From contig NZ_CP017260.1 of the NCBI RefSeq assembly GCF_001735745.1, positions 240,001-272,000 of the forward strand: a stretch of 32,000 bases of DNA, written 5' to 3'. The stretch comes from Formosa sp. Hel1_33_131 (GTDB lineage: Bacteria; Bacteroidota; Bacteroidia; Flavobacteriales; Flavobacteriaceae). The translations under genes and the position numbers were made by a program. Shown here piece after piece: positions 8,736 to 17,377 of the stretch; position 1 is the first letter of the stretch; each line of letters begins with the position of its first letter. The notes under the pieces were generated by a model. The model worked only from the letters and a program-made list of their open reading frames with translations, did not search any database and had not been told where the DNA came from.

Positions 8736-9842
8736 ATGAACCTTTTACAAATTACAGTCTCAGAAGTTTGGAGAGGTCATGAGCAAAAAATAATATATTT
8801 ACACGAAGCTTTCGAGGATAATCCTGACATTCATAATCAATTTATTCTCTGTGCTAAAGACACCCCTGTATATGATATAGCGGTGGAAAAAAAAATGCAA
8901 GTCACTGGACTTAATGTTTCTTCAGAATACGATTTCAAAATTGCAAAACAAATTTCTGAATTCATTAAAGAACATAAAATTGACATCGTGTTCATACACA
9001 GTAGCAAGGCGCATACACTCGCTGTCATTTCACATTTAGTATTTAAACATTCCGCACACCTTGTGCTGTGCCGTACCCTGATAAAACGGGTTGATACAAA
9101 TTTTTTCAGGAAATGGAAGTACAATTATAAGGGCATAAAAAAAATAATTTGCGTCTCAAACCCAGTCGTAGATGTTTTAAAATTTGCCGTGAAAGACCAC
9201 TCAAAAATGTGTGTCGTTGGAAGTGTAACGGACGTCAATAAATTTACTAAAACTGAAAAAAATGGACTTTTGCACAAGGAATTTAACATTCCGAAAGACC
9301 ATAAAATTATAGGTAATATTGCTGAATTCACAGGGTTCAAGGATCATTATACTTGGATCGATGCCGTTGAAGAATTAGTAAAACGAAACAGTTTTAAAGC
9401 GACTTATATTATAGTCGGAAAAGGAAGTCTTGAAAAAGACATCCGAAGTTATGTAAGCGAAAAAAACTTAGAAGCCCACATCGTTTTTGCAGGGTTCAGA
9501 AAAGACATTCCAGAAGTACTGCCAGAATTTGATTTGTTTATGTTCACCTCAAACAATGAGCCTACAGGAGGTGTATTGTTAGAGGCCTATGCATGTCGCG
9601 TTCCCATAGTGGCAGCGAATGCAGGGGGAATTCCAGAAGTAATCGTACACAATGAAACGGGGCTTTTAGCTGAAGTTGGCAACCCTATAGATTTTGCAGA
9701 CAGGGTGGAGTATTTGATGTCTAACCCTAAATTACAAAAAGAATTCACAGAGAACGGCTATCAATACTTAGTGGACAATTTCACAAAAAAGGTCATTGCA
9801 GAAAAAATGTATAAGGAATTAGCTCAAGTAATGGAGCTGTAA
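8736..9842 (+). CDS. glycosyltransferase family 4 protein
   Basis: C-terminal GT4 (Glycos_transf_1) signature EPTGGVLLEAYACRVPIVAANAGGIPEVIVHNETGLLAE. Length is 368 aa. Confidence 0.85.
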   Translation: MNLLQITVSEVWRGHEQKIIYLHEAFEDNPDIHNQFILCAKDTPVYDIAVEKKMQVTGLNVSSEYDFKIAKQISEFIKEHKIDIVFIHSSKAHTLAVISHLVFKHSAHLVLCRTLIKRVDTNFFRKWKYNYKGIKKIICVSNPVVDVLKFAVKDHSKMCVVGSVTDVNKFTKTEKNGLLHKEFNIPKDHKIIGNIAEFTGFKDHYTWIDAVEELVKRNSFKATYIIVGKGSLEKDIRSYVSEKNLEAHIVFAGFRKDIPEVLPEFDLFMFTSNNEPTGGVLLEAYACRVPIVAANAGGIPEVIVHNETGLLAEVGNPIDFADRVEYLMSNPKLQKEFTENGYQYLVDNFTKKVIAEKMYKELAQVMEL

Positions 9843-9845
9843 AAA

Positions 9846-10721
9846 TTAAACTGGCAAGTGTATTAAATCCCCTAACTCTTTATTTAATCTTTCAACGGTG
9901 AGTCTCCTATTTGCTGCCCAAGGGAAAAATGTTAATTCCCCAAAATAAATTTTATTTTCAATAGAGTACAAATCCACACGAACAAAAATAAAATCATTCG
10001 CTAACTTTTCAGAAACCGTCAGTAACTCCTCTAAATTATCTGGTTTTGGAACTTCCTTAGACAAGTAATCTACTTTATTATCATCTGGAGACATTCGATT
10101 CCAATTTAAATCATAATAACAGTTTCTATGTTTCCCGTTGTCAAAAGTTTTCACCCAAATACAAGCAGGTTTTCCATGGATACAGTAAAATTTATAATCC
10201 AAAATATGATCGTTATCTAATTGGTCTAAGTACGTTTCGGCTAAAATTCTTGGCTGTACATCCTTATAAATGCGCTCTCTATATCGATCGTAATAATTTA
10301 GAGACATGAAGGTATTCAATTTTGACTTGGCATCCTTCCAATCCAAACTGCTTTTATCCTTTACAATAACGTTATAACCTGATCCATGTGTACCTTTTAA
10401 TGCAAATTGATTTGGTAAATCGTCTAAATTTATTTCATCGACATGGTTATAAATGGCGATAAAATCATTTAGATAGGACGCGCCTATTTTATCTTCCACA
10501 TAAGATCTGATTTCATATTTGTCAACATAATCTTTATAAGCCTCTGTATATTTGAAAAATTTCAACCATTGTAGTTTTTCAGTGAATTCCGTTGGATTTT
10601 CAATATTTAAGGATCTGTTATTCTTTGACTTATAATATGTTTTCACAAATTGAATATCCGTGCCAAAGTTTTTAAAATATTTTGTGAGGAGTTGATAATA
10701 TTTTCGTTTGAAAAAATTCAT
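9846..10721 (-). CDS. ATP-grasp fold amidoligase family protein (TupA-like)
   Basis: 291 aa with FALKGTHGSGYNVIV, YKFYCIHGKP, and FVRVDLY...IYFGELTFFP motifs. These are typical of the TupA-like ATP-grasp family found in surface-polysaccharide clusters. Confidence 0.65.
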   Translation of the reverse strand: MNFFKRKYYQLLTKYFKNFGTDIQFVKTYYKSKNNRSLNIENPTEFTEKLQWLKFFKYTEAYKDYVDKYEIRSYVEDKIGASYLNDFIAIYNHVDEINLDDLPNQFALKGTHGSGYNVIVKDKSSLDWKDAKSKLNTFMSLNYYDRYRERIYKDVQPRILAETYLDQLDNDHILDYKFYCIHGKPACIWVKTFDNGKHRNCYYDLNWNRMSPDDNKVDYLSKEVPKPDNLEELLTVSEKLANDFIFVRVDLYSIENKIYFGELTFFPWAANRRLTVERLNKELGDLIHLPV

Positions 10722-10758
10722 GCTTTTTTAAAAAATTTTTGAATCTAATTTATAGTAT

Positions 10759-10778
10759 TGATCCATTTAAATGGATCA
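10759..10778. promoter_or_regulatory. perfect 20-bp palindrome TGATCCATTTAAATGGATCA in a divergent intergenic region
   Basis: The 10+10 nt arms are exactly self-complementary with no spacer. The palindrome lies 38 nt from the ATG of the ATP-grasp gene (10721, minus strand) and 57 nt from the tsaC ATG (10835, plus strand). Confidence 0.35.
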
Positions 10779-10834
10779 TAACAAATATATTAATATCTTA
10801 TTGGATATCTTCGCAATATATATTTTTTAAAGAA

Positions 10835-11395
10835 ATGAATACCGAACTAAACAACACTATTAAGACTTTAAAGCAAGGCGGACTTATTCTCTACCCTACG
10901 GATACCGTCTGGGGGTTGGGTTGCGATGCCACTAATTTTGCAGCGGTCGAAAAACTATTTAAACTCAAAAATCGAGAGGATCAGAAAACCATGATTTGTT
11001 TGGTGAGTGATTTTAATATGTTAAATTATTATATTGAAGAAATTCCAGAAGCGGCATACAGTGTTTTAGAATATGCCTCCGCTCCTACCACCATCATTTA
11101 CGATAAACCTTTAAGAGTGACTGAAAATCTTATTGCACCAGACAATACTTTGGCCATCCGCATGGTGAAAGAAGGGTTTTGTGCAAATTTGCTAAAACGA
11201 TTTAAAAAACCAATCGTTTCAACTTCCGCAAATATCTCTGGAAAACCCACTCCAAAATCCTTTCAAGAAATTGAAGACTATATTTTAAAAGGTGTAGACT
11301 ATGTCGTAAATTTGGAGCGCACAAACAAAACGGCTAAACCTTCTTCAATCATTAGATTGAGTAATAATGGAGAAGTAAAAGTTATTAGAAAATAA
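10835..11395 (+). CDS. tsaC: L-threonylcarbamoyladenylate synthase (TsaC/YrdC family)
   Basis: ATG at 10835 gives MNTELNNTIKTLKQGGLILYPTDTVWGLGCDA... and later VSTSANISG, both YrdC/Sua5 domain hallmarks, 186 aa. The track start at 10739 is a TTG with an implausible hydrophobic extension. Confidence 0.85.
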   Translation: MNTELNNTIKTLKQGGLILYPTDTVWGLGCDATNFAAVEKLFKLKNREDQKTMICLVSDFNMLNYYIEEIPEAAYSVLEYASAPTTIIYDKPLRVTENLIAPDNTLAIRMVKEGFCANLLKRFKKPIVSTSANISGKPTPKSFQEIEDYILKGVDYVVNLERTNKTAKPSSIIRLSNNGEVKVIRK

Positions 11396-11425
11396 TTTTT
11401 AGACGCTTTGGAAAGCTTACAAAAC

Positions 11426-12850
11426 ATGAACTACAAACACGCATTAACATCACCAATATTTCAAGTTGTCTCAAAATCTGCAGATGAGCTTGGGGTCGAT
11501 TGTTATGTCGTTGGGGGCTTTGTCCGTGATTTTGTTTTAGAACGCGGTCGCGAAAAAGATATAGATATTGTTGCGATTGGAAGCGGCATTGAACTCGCAA
11601 AACGCGTTGCCAAAAACCTTCCGAACAGTCCTAAAGTTCAAGTTTTTAAAACCTATGGCACTGCCATGATTCGCCATGAAGGTGTTGAACTTGAGTTTGT
11701 AGGTGCACGTAAAGAATCTTACAACGAAGACAGCAGAAATCCCATTGTGGAAGATGGCACTTTAGAAGAAGATCAAAACAGAAGAGATTTCACCATCAAC
11801 GCGATGGCGATTAGTTTGAATTCAGCAACTTACGGACAGCTTCTGGATCCTTTTGATGGCCTTCAAGATTTGACTGACAAATGCATCAAAACTCCTTTAG
11901 ATCCCGCAATCACGTACAGTGACGATCCTTTACGGATGTTGAGAGCCATTCGGTTTGCAACGCAACTGGATTTCGAGATTGAAGCGGCTTCATTTAATGC
12001 AATTAAAGAGCAATCCCATCGGATTGAAATCATCACGAAGGAACGCATCAACGTTGAAATTCAAAAAATATTAGAAAGCAAAAAACCTTCTATTGGGTTT
12101 ATATTACTTGAAGAATCTGGTTTACTTCAGCGTATCATACCTGAGTTGACAGATTTGAAAGGCGTTGATATTCAAGAAGGTCAAAAGCATAAAGATAATT
12201 TTTACCATACTTTAGAAGTCGTTGATAATATTTGTAATCATACGGACAATATGTGGCTCCGTTGGGCAGCACTCCTCCACGATATTGGAAAAGCACCCAC
12301 AAAACGTTTTAGCAAAAAAGTAGGTTGGACCTTTCATGGGCACGAACTTAAGGGCTCGAAAATGGTGTATCATTTATTCAAACGTTTGAAAATGCCTTTG
12401 AATGACAAAATGAAATATGTTCAAAAACTCGTGTTTATGAGTTCGCGACCTATTGTATTGGCACAAGAAAACATCACCGACTCTGCGGTGCGACGCCTTG
12501 TTTTTGATGCCGGAGAATTTGTCGAAGATTTGATGACGCTTTGTGAGGCAGATATTACTACTAAAAACCCTTATAAGTTCAAAAAATATCATAACAATTT
12601 CAAACTTGTTAGAGAGAAAATTATCGAAGTTGAAGAACGCGACCAAGTGCGTGATTTTCAACCGCCCATTTCCGGAGAAAAAATCATGGAGACCTTTGAT
12701 TTAAAACCTTCCAAAGAAATAGGGATTATTAAAGAATTTATCAAAGAAGCTATTTTAGAAGGGATCATCCCAAATGAACCTGAAAAAGCGTTTGAATTGA
12801 TGTTAAAAAAAGGAACCGATTTAGGATTAACACGCGCTGATGAAAAATAA
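11426..12850 (+). CDS. cca: CCA tRNA nucleotidyltransferase (PolyA_pol head plus HD domain)
   Basis: VVGGFVRDFVL...DIDIV (nucleotidyltransferase G-G-x-V-R-D and DxD), RRDFTINAM, DPLRMLRAIRF, then HD-domain LLHDIGK. ATG at 11426 is preferred to TTG at 11408. Confidence 0.85.
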   Translation: MNYKHALTSPIFQVVSKSADELGVDCYVVGGFVRDFVLERGREKDIDIVAIGSGIELAKRVAKNLPNSPKVQVFKTYGTAMIRHEGVELEFVGARKESYNEDSRNPIVEDGTLEEDQNRRDFTINAMAISLNSATYGQLLDPFDGLQDLTDKCIKTPLDPAITYSDDPLRMLRAIRFATQLDFEIEAASFNAIKEQSHRIEIITKERINVEIQKILESKKPSIGFILLEESGLLQRIIPELTDLKGVDIQEGQKHKDNFYHTLEVVDNICNHTDNMWLRWAALLHDIGKAPTKRFSKKVGWTFHGHELKGSKMVYHLFKRLKMPLNDKMKYVQKLVFMSSRPIVLAQENITDSAVRRLVFDAGEFVEDLMTLCEADITTKNPYKFKKYHNNFKLVREKIIEVEERDQVRDFQPPISGEKIMETFDLKPSKEIGIIKEFIKEAILEGIIPNEPEKAFELMLKKGTDLGLTRADEK

Positions 12851-13874
12851 ATTTAGAACCGTCTCAAAAATTGCTTTAGTACTCATTTATTTAGTCATCG
12901 TAGCAGGTGCTGTTGTACGAATGACAGGATCCGGAATGGGCTGCCCAGATTGGCCCAAATGTTTTGGATATTTTATCCCTCCTACCGAGAGCTCCCAATT
13001 ATTATTTGAAGCAAATCGTACTTATGAAGAAGGCATGATGATTCTAATGGATCACGAAGCCTTTTTAGTTGCTAAAACTGATTTTATATCTGGGGAAAAA
13101 TTTAATGCATCCGATTGGGAGGTTTACAGCAAGCACGATTACACGACATACGACCCCGTTCACACTTGGGTAGAATACATCAACCGTTTGACTGGAGTTC
13201 TATCTGGAATCCCTATTTTAATTTTTACAGTCTTAGCGTTTTGGTTTTGGAAAAAAAACAAGTGGATTCCTCTTATTTCTGTACTGACTTTATTTGGCAT
13301 GGGCTTTCAAGCATGGCTTGGAAAAACGGTGGTTGACTCGAACCTAGCACCCTATAAAATTACCATTCATATGGTGATGGCACTGCTAATCGTGGCTTTT
13401 ATTTTGTATCTGATTTTCGCATCTAAAACCACTTATAAACCTCAAAAATATCAAAAGCGTTTTTATAACATTCTTCTTTTAGCACTTGTACTTTCGTTGG
13501 TACAAATTATTTTAGGCACACAAGTAAGACAGTTTATAGATGAACAAACAAAGCTTTTAGGGTTTCAAAAATCACTTTGGTTAGCATCTCCAGAATTGAA
13601 CTTTTACATTCACCGCTCTACCTCCATTTTGGTCTTGGTGTTGAATGGCTATTTGTGGTATCTGAACAGATCAAATTCGTTAGGATTCCATAAAATAAAA
13701 CTGGTCATTTATTGCGTCCTACTGGAAGCAGCAACAGGTATTTTGATGTATTATTTTGATTTTCCATTTTTAAGTCAACCTTTACATTTAGTCATTGCTT
13801 CCATACTGTTTGGAATTCAGTGTTACATACTTCTTGAATGCCTTCATAAAAAAAGAGAAAAACAGCAAGCATAA
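12840..13874 (+). CDS. ctaA: heme A synthase (COX15/CtaA family)
   Basis: Polytopic membrane protein with N-terminal VRMTGSGMGCPDWPKCFG (conserved Cys pair) and His-bearing helices (ITIHMVMAL, FYIHRST). It overlaps the cca 3' end by 11 nt. Confidence 0.8.
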   Translation: MKNKFRTVSKIALVLIYLVIVAGAVVRMTGSGMGCPDWPKCFGYFIPPTESSQLLFEANRTYEEGMMILMDHEAFLVAKTDFISGEKFNASDWEVYSKHDYTTYDPVHTWVEYINRLTGVLSGIPILIFTVLAFWFWKKNKWIPLISVLTLFGMGFQAWLGKTVVDSNLAPYKITIHMVMALLIVAFILYLIFASKTTYKPQKYQKRFYNILLLALVLSLVQIILGTQVRQFIDEQTKLLGFQKSLWLASPELNFYIHRSTSILVLVLNGYLWYLNRSNSLGFHKIKLVIYCVLLEAATGILMYYFDFPFLSQPLHLVIASILFGIQCYILLECLHKKREKQQA

Positions 13875-13887
13875 GAAAAATGCATCT

Positions 13888-13895
13888 TATATTTG
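13888..13895 (+). promoter_or_regulatory. putative -7 promoter box TATATTTG
   Basis: Exact TAnnTTTG match, 17 nt upstream of ATG 13913. Confidence 0.45.
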
Positions 13896-13912
13896 TGTCA
13901 TATTATTAACCT

Positions 13913-14431
13913 ATGATTTTTAGATTTAGAATTGTCTTAGACAACGATACCAAAGAAGATATTTTTAGAGATATTGAGATCAGAAAGACCGATACACTCG
14001 AGGATTTACACAACTCCATCACACAATCCTTTGGATTTGACGGCAGTGAAATGGCCTCCTTTTATTTGAGTGATGAGGAATGGAATCAAGGGGAAGAAAT
14101 CTCTTTATTTGATGTCAGTGAAGGTGGTAGCGACATTCAACTTATGAGCCAAACCGTCATTAGCTCAGTTGTTTCTGAAGGGCGTACAAAATTGATCTAT
14201 ATCTATGACTTTATGAGTATGTGGACTTTTATGGTTGAGTTGGGAGAAATTGTTGAAGAAGCAGATGGTACTGATTATCCTAATTTACTGTTTGTTCATG
14301 GTCAAGTTCCAGATGAAGCACCCGAAAAGGTTTTTGAAGCCGAAGGAGGCGAAGATCATTTTGACGAGTTTGATGATGGCTATAGCACCGATGATTACGA
14401 AGAATTGGATTTTGACGAAAATTGGAATTAA
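13913..14431 (+). CDS. pRiA4b ORF-3-like (IS1096 passenger TnpR-like) family protein with acidic tail
   Basis: MIFRFRIVLDNDTKEDIFRDIEI...LEDLHNSITQSFGFDGSEMASFYLSDEEWNQGEEI...IYIYDFMSMWTF matches the conserved small-protein family as I remember it. The C-terminus is strongly acidic (DEFDDGYSTDDYEELDFDENWN). A TATATTTG box lies 17 nt upstream. Confidence 0.6.
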   Translation: MIFRFRIVLDNDTKEDIFRDIEIRKTDTLEDLHNSITQSFGFDGSEMASFYLSDEEWNQGEEISLFDVSEGGSDIQLMSQTVISSVVSEGRTKLIYIYDFMSMWTFMVELGEIVEEADGTDYPNLLFVHGQVPDEAPEKVFEAEGGEDHFDEFDDGYSTDDYEELDFDENWN

Positions 14432-15492
14432 AAGAAAATTCCTGTGTTTTCTGTTTGGTAATTTCGTTTTACAAAACTGAGTGAATTTCTTAAAATTTCA
14501 CCCATATTTTTACTATTCTTAAAACGAATATCTCCAGTATATTCAAATATTTTTGTTTTCAATAAGGTTTCATGTTCAGGAGTTGAAAGGGTATCTGAAA
14601 TCATACACTGAATCAAACGTTCAATACGGTTTTTGAAACTCAACAAGCGTTTGGCAACGATAGAGCGCTCTTCGAGTTTGTACTGATTGATAGATTGTTT
14701 TTCAAATTTTTGAGTCACTAAATCGACCATTTTAAAGTTCTCTTTAAAAAACTGCGGGCGATACACATTAAATTTACCTTCATAACATTGCTGATCAAAA
14801 TCGATGGCACGAATCGTGTAAACAACATGATCAAAATCATGCGTGGGAACTATCACATAATTATACGAACGCATATCTCCTAACAACCGAATCATACACC
14901 GCTCATTAAATTTTACAAATTCCTTTGCAATCTGTGCCTTTTCTGGTTCAGTACAACTTGGAAGCATATTTGCTATAAATTCATCTCCTGGAATTCCACT
15001 AATATGTTCTTCAATTAAAGTATCTTCATACACCAAGAAATTTAAGTTGTGAGGCGACAACATATGCTCTAACTCTAAACCATAAATTCGTGATGCATCC
15101 GCTTTTTTAACATAAAAATATGCGTAATTATCATTGAGGACATTCCTTATTTTGATGCGAAACGGTTTAGAATTACCAAACGTACAATAGTCAATCGCAT
15201 CCACATTTAGCAAGGGAATCGTGGTTTCATTACCATCAGAATGCAGCTTGGTATATATCTTTTTTAAACTTAAATCGATCTCTTGACGATCAAATTCACT
15301 ATAGTACGTACGCACCCAAAGGGTGTCCTTGTCATTCTTGTCAAACACTTCTACCGACCCTTGAAAACGGAGTAAATCATCATAAAAAATAGGCAATTTA
15401 ATCGTACGATTAAACTTTTGCAAGTATGCCTTTAGTGCTGTATTTACAGGGTATGAGGGTTTTCTAAGTGATATTTTTAAATCGTTTTTCAT
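14428..15492 (-). CDS. uncharacterised protein, possible atypical kinase-like fold
   Basis: Clean 354-aa ORF with an ATG start and no competing ORF. Motif order is YFYVKK (K129/K130), LELEH (E140/E142), LGDMRSYNYVIV (D206-x4-N211) and AIDFDQ (D231-F-D233). This resembles the Lys / Glu / catalytic-loop / DFG-like order of protein-kinase-like folds. The functional call is inference only. Confidence 0.3.
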   Translation of the reverse strand: MKNDLKISLRKPSYPVNTALKAYLQKFNRTIKLPIFYDDLLRFQGSVEVFDKNDKDTLWVRTYYSEFDRQEIDLSLKKIYTKLHSDGNETTIPLLNVDAIDYCTFGNSKPFRIKIRNVLNDNYAYFYVKKADASRIYGLELEHMLSPHNLNFLVYEDTLIEEHISGIPGDEFIANMLPSCTEPEKAQIAKEFVKFNERCMIRLLGDMRSYNYVIVPTHDFDHVVYTIRAIDFDQQCYEGKFNVYRPQFFKENFKMVDLVTQKFEKQSINQYKLEERSIVAKRLLSFKNRIERLIQCMISDTLSTPEHETLLKTKIFEYTGDIRFKNSKNMGEILRNSLSFVKRNYQTENTGIFF

Positions 15493-15560
15493 GTGATAAC
15501 TTGAATTCCAAATTTAACTTTTATTTTTTAATTTGTAACAATTGACGGTAAACATCGTCT

Positions 15561-15568
15561 TATATTTG
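15561..15568 (+). promoter_or_regulatory. putative -7 promoter box TATATTTG (ABC operon)
   Basis: Exact TAnnTTTG match, 21 nt upstream of GTG 15590. TTG at 15542-15544 lies 16 nt upstream as a possible -33 element. Confidence 0.45.
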
Positions 15569-15589
15569 TTATTCATTAAAACTAAAAAT

Positions 15590-16486
15590 GTGAATTCTAT
15601 CCTCAAAATATCAAACCTTACAAAAAAATATGGCTTACTCACTGCGGTCAGTGATCTTTCATTTGACATCGAAAAAGGAAGTGTTTACGGAATTTTAGGC
15701 CCGAATGGCAGTGGAAAATCTACCACCTTGGGAATTGTTTTGAATGTTGTCAATAAAACTTCTGGTGATTTTTCTTGGTTTGGAGGTGCACTGACAACGC
15801 ATCAAGCGCTTAAAAAAGTAGGCGCCATTATCGAACGCCCAAATTTTTACCCTTATATGACTGCCTACCAAAACCTTAAATTGGTTTGTAAAATCAAAAG
15901 CGTTTCTTATGATTCCATAGAAAAGACTTTAGAAATTGTAGGGCTTGACGATCGAAAACACAGCAAGTTTAGTACATTTTCTTTGGGAATGAAACAACGG
16001 TTAGCCATTGCTTCGGCGCTTTTAAATGATCCTGAAATATTAATTTTAGACGAACCAACAAACGGATTAGACCCGCAAGGGATTCATCAAATTAGAGAAA
16101 TCATCAAAGATATTGCCCAACAAGGAACAACTATATTATTGGCTTCTCACCTGTTGGATGAAGTTGAAAAAGTGTGTACTCACGTCGTTGTTTTAAGAAA
16201 AGGTGTGAATCTCTATTCGGGGCGTGTGGATGAATTGATTTCAAGCTATGGGTTTTTTGAATTAAAAACGCATCAAAAAGACGACTTATTAAAACTTCTT
16301 GAAATACATCCAAATTTTTCTCACACAAAGGTTGAAAGTGATTTAATTACTGCTTTTCTTGAGACCCCTATGGAAGCTGAAGAATTCAACCGTTTACTGT
16401 TTAAAAATGGCATTGTATTGAGCCATTTAGTCAAACGAAAAGAAAGTCTGGAAGAACAATTTTTACAATTAACTGACAACCAATGA
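15590..16486 (+). CDS. ABC transporter ATP-binding protein (ABC-2 exporter type)
   Basis: Walker A GPNGSGKST, signature FSLGMKQRL, Walker B ILILDEPTNGLD, H-loop ASHLLDE. I set the start at GTG 15590 (VNSILKISNLTKKYG) because a TATATTTG -7 box at 15561-15568 lies inside the longer TTG-initiated track ORF. Confidence 0.85.
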   Translation: MNSILKISNLTKKYGLLTAVSDLSFDIEKGSVYGILGPNGSGKSTTLGIVLNVVNKTSGDFSWFGGALTTHQALKKVGAIIERPNFYPYMTAYQNLKLVCKIKSVSYDSIEKTLEIVGLDDRKHSKFSTFSLGMKQRLAIASALLNDPEILILDEPTNGLDPQGIHQIREIIKDIAQQGTTILLASHLLDEVEKVCTHVVVLRKGVNLYSGRVDELISSYGFFELKTHQKDDLLKLLEIHPNFSHTKVESDLITAFLETPMEAEEFNRLLFKNGIVLSHLVKRKESLEEQFLQLTDNQ

Positions 16487-17307
16487 AACGATTATTAGAC
16501 TTAGAACTTCAAAAATTATTACTCAACAAAACGAGTAAAATATTGATATTTATATCCTTTATTTTACCCCTTTGCGTCATTCTTTTATCGGCAGTGAAAA
16601 TTAACTTTTTTGGTTTTTTTACGCTAGAACTCGGTGAATTAGGCATTTTTAACTTTCCTATTATATGGCACATTACCACCTTTTTTTCCGCCCTGTTTAA
16701 ATTCTTTTTTGCCATTGTGGTGGTTTCAATGATTGGGAATGAATACAGCAATAAAACACTGAAACAAAACCTCATCGATGGCTTGAGTAAAAAAGAATTT
16801 ATTTTGTCTAAGTTTTATGTTATTGTATTTTTCTCTCTCATCTCAACCCTGATTATTTTTATCATATCCTTAATTCTTGGGTTGATCTATTCGAGTTACA
16901 ATGAATTTAGTATCATTATCCAGCAAATGGAGTTTTTAGTTGCCTATTTTGTAAAACTTGTAGGATTCTTTTCTTTCTGTTTATTTTTGGGCGTCTTGGC
17001 AAAACGGTCGGCATTCGCATTGGCATTTTTGTTTGTCGATTTGATTATAGAATGGATTATTTTAGGACTCATCACATGGAAAAGCAGTTATGAAGTTGCT
17101 CAAAAAGTACAAGACTTTTTGCCTTTAACTTCTATGTCTAACCTTATAAAACAACCTTTTCAGCGCATTGCCATGACAAAATTTCCATCAAACACTGATA
17201 TTAGTTATGATTATGCCGTTCATTTTGACAACATATTAATTGTCCTTTTCTGGACTCTTCTTTTTATATTTTTATCTTATAAATTATTAAAAAAGAGAGA
17301 TTTGTAG
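16483..17307 (+). CDS. ABC-2 family transporter permease
   Basis: 274 aa with about six hydrophobic segments. It has an ATGA start/stop overlap with the ATPase gene (16483-16486). Confidence 0.75.
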   Translation: MKRLLDLELQKLLLNKTSKILIFISFILPLCVILLSAVKINFFGFFTLELGELGIFNFPIIWHITTFFSALFKFFFAIVVVSMIGNEYSNKTLKQNLIDGLSKKEFILSKFYVIVFFSLISTLIIFIISLILGLIYSSYNEFSIIIQQMEFLVAYFVKLVGFFSFCLFLGVLAKRSAFALAFLFVDLIIEWIILGLITWKSSYEVAQKVQDFLPLTSMSNLIKQPFQRIAMTKFPSNTDISYDYAVHFDNILIVLFWTLLFIFLSYKLLKKRDL

Positions 17308-17377
17308 TATATTTCAAACCCATTAATTAAGTATTGTTTTTTGTGATAAAACAAGAAACTTAAACTAATTAGTTTTG

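Noticed and set aside
8887-8895. Homopolymers as phase-variation switches: A9 inside the GT4 gene (8887-8895), T9 in ruvX (189-197), and T6A10 upstream of the disrupted adhesin (21077-21092).
   Set aside because: A/T runs of this length are expected by chance in a genome this AT-rich, and they encode Lys runs where intragenic. Without population-level length variation there is no case for phase variation. The T6A10 tract would be the first to test.
15590-17307. The ABC pair considered as gliding-motility GldA/GldF because it sits next to T9SS cargo genes.
   Set aside because: There is no GldG-like third gene, and the ATPase and permease show only generic ABC-2 features. Adjacency alone is not evidence.
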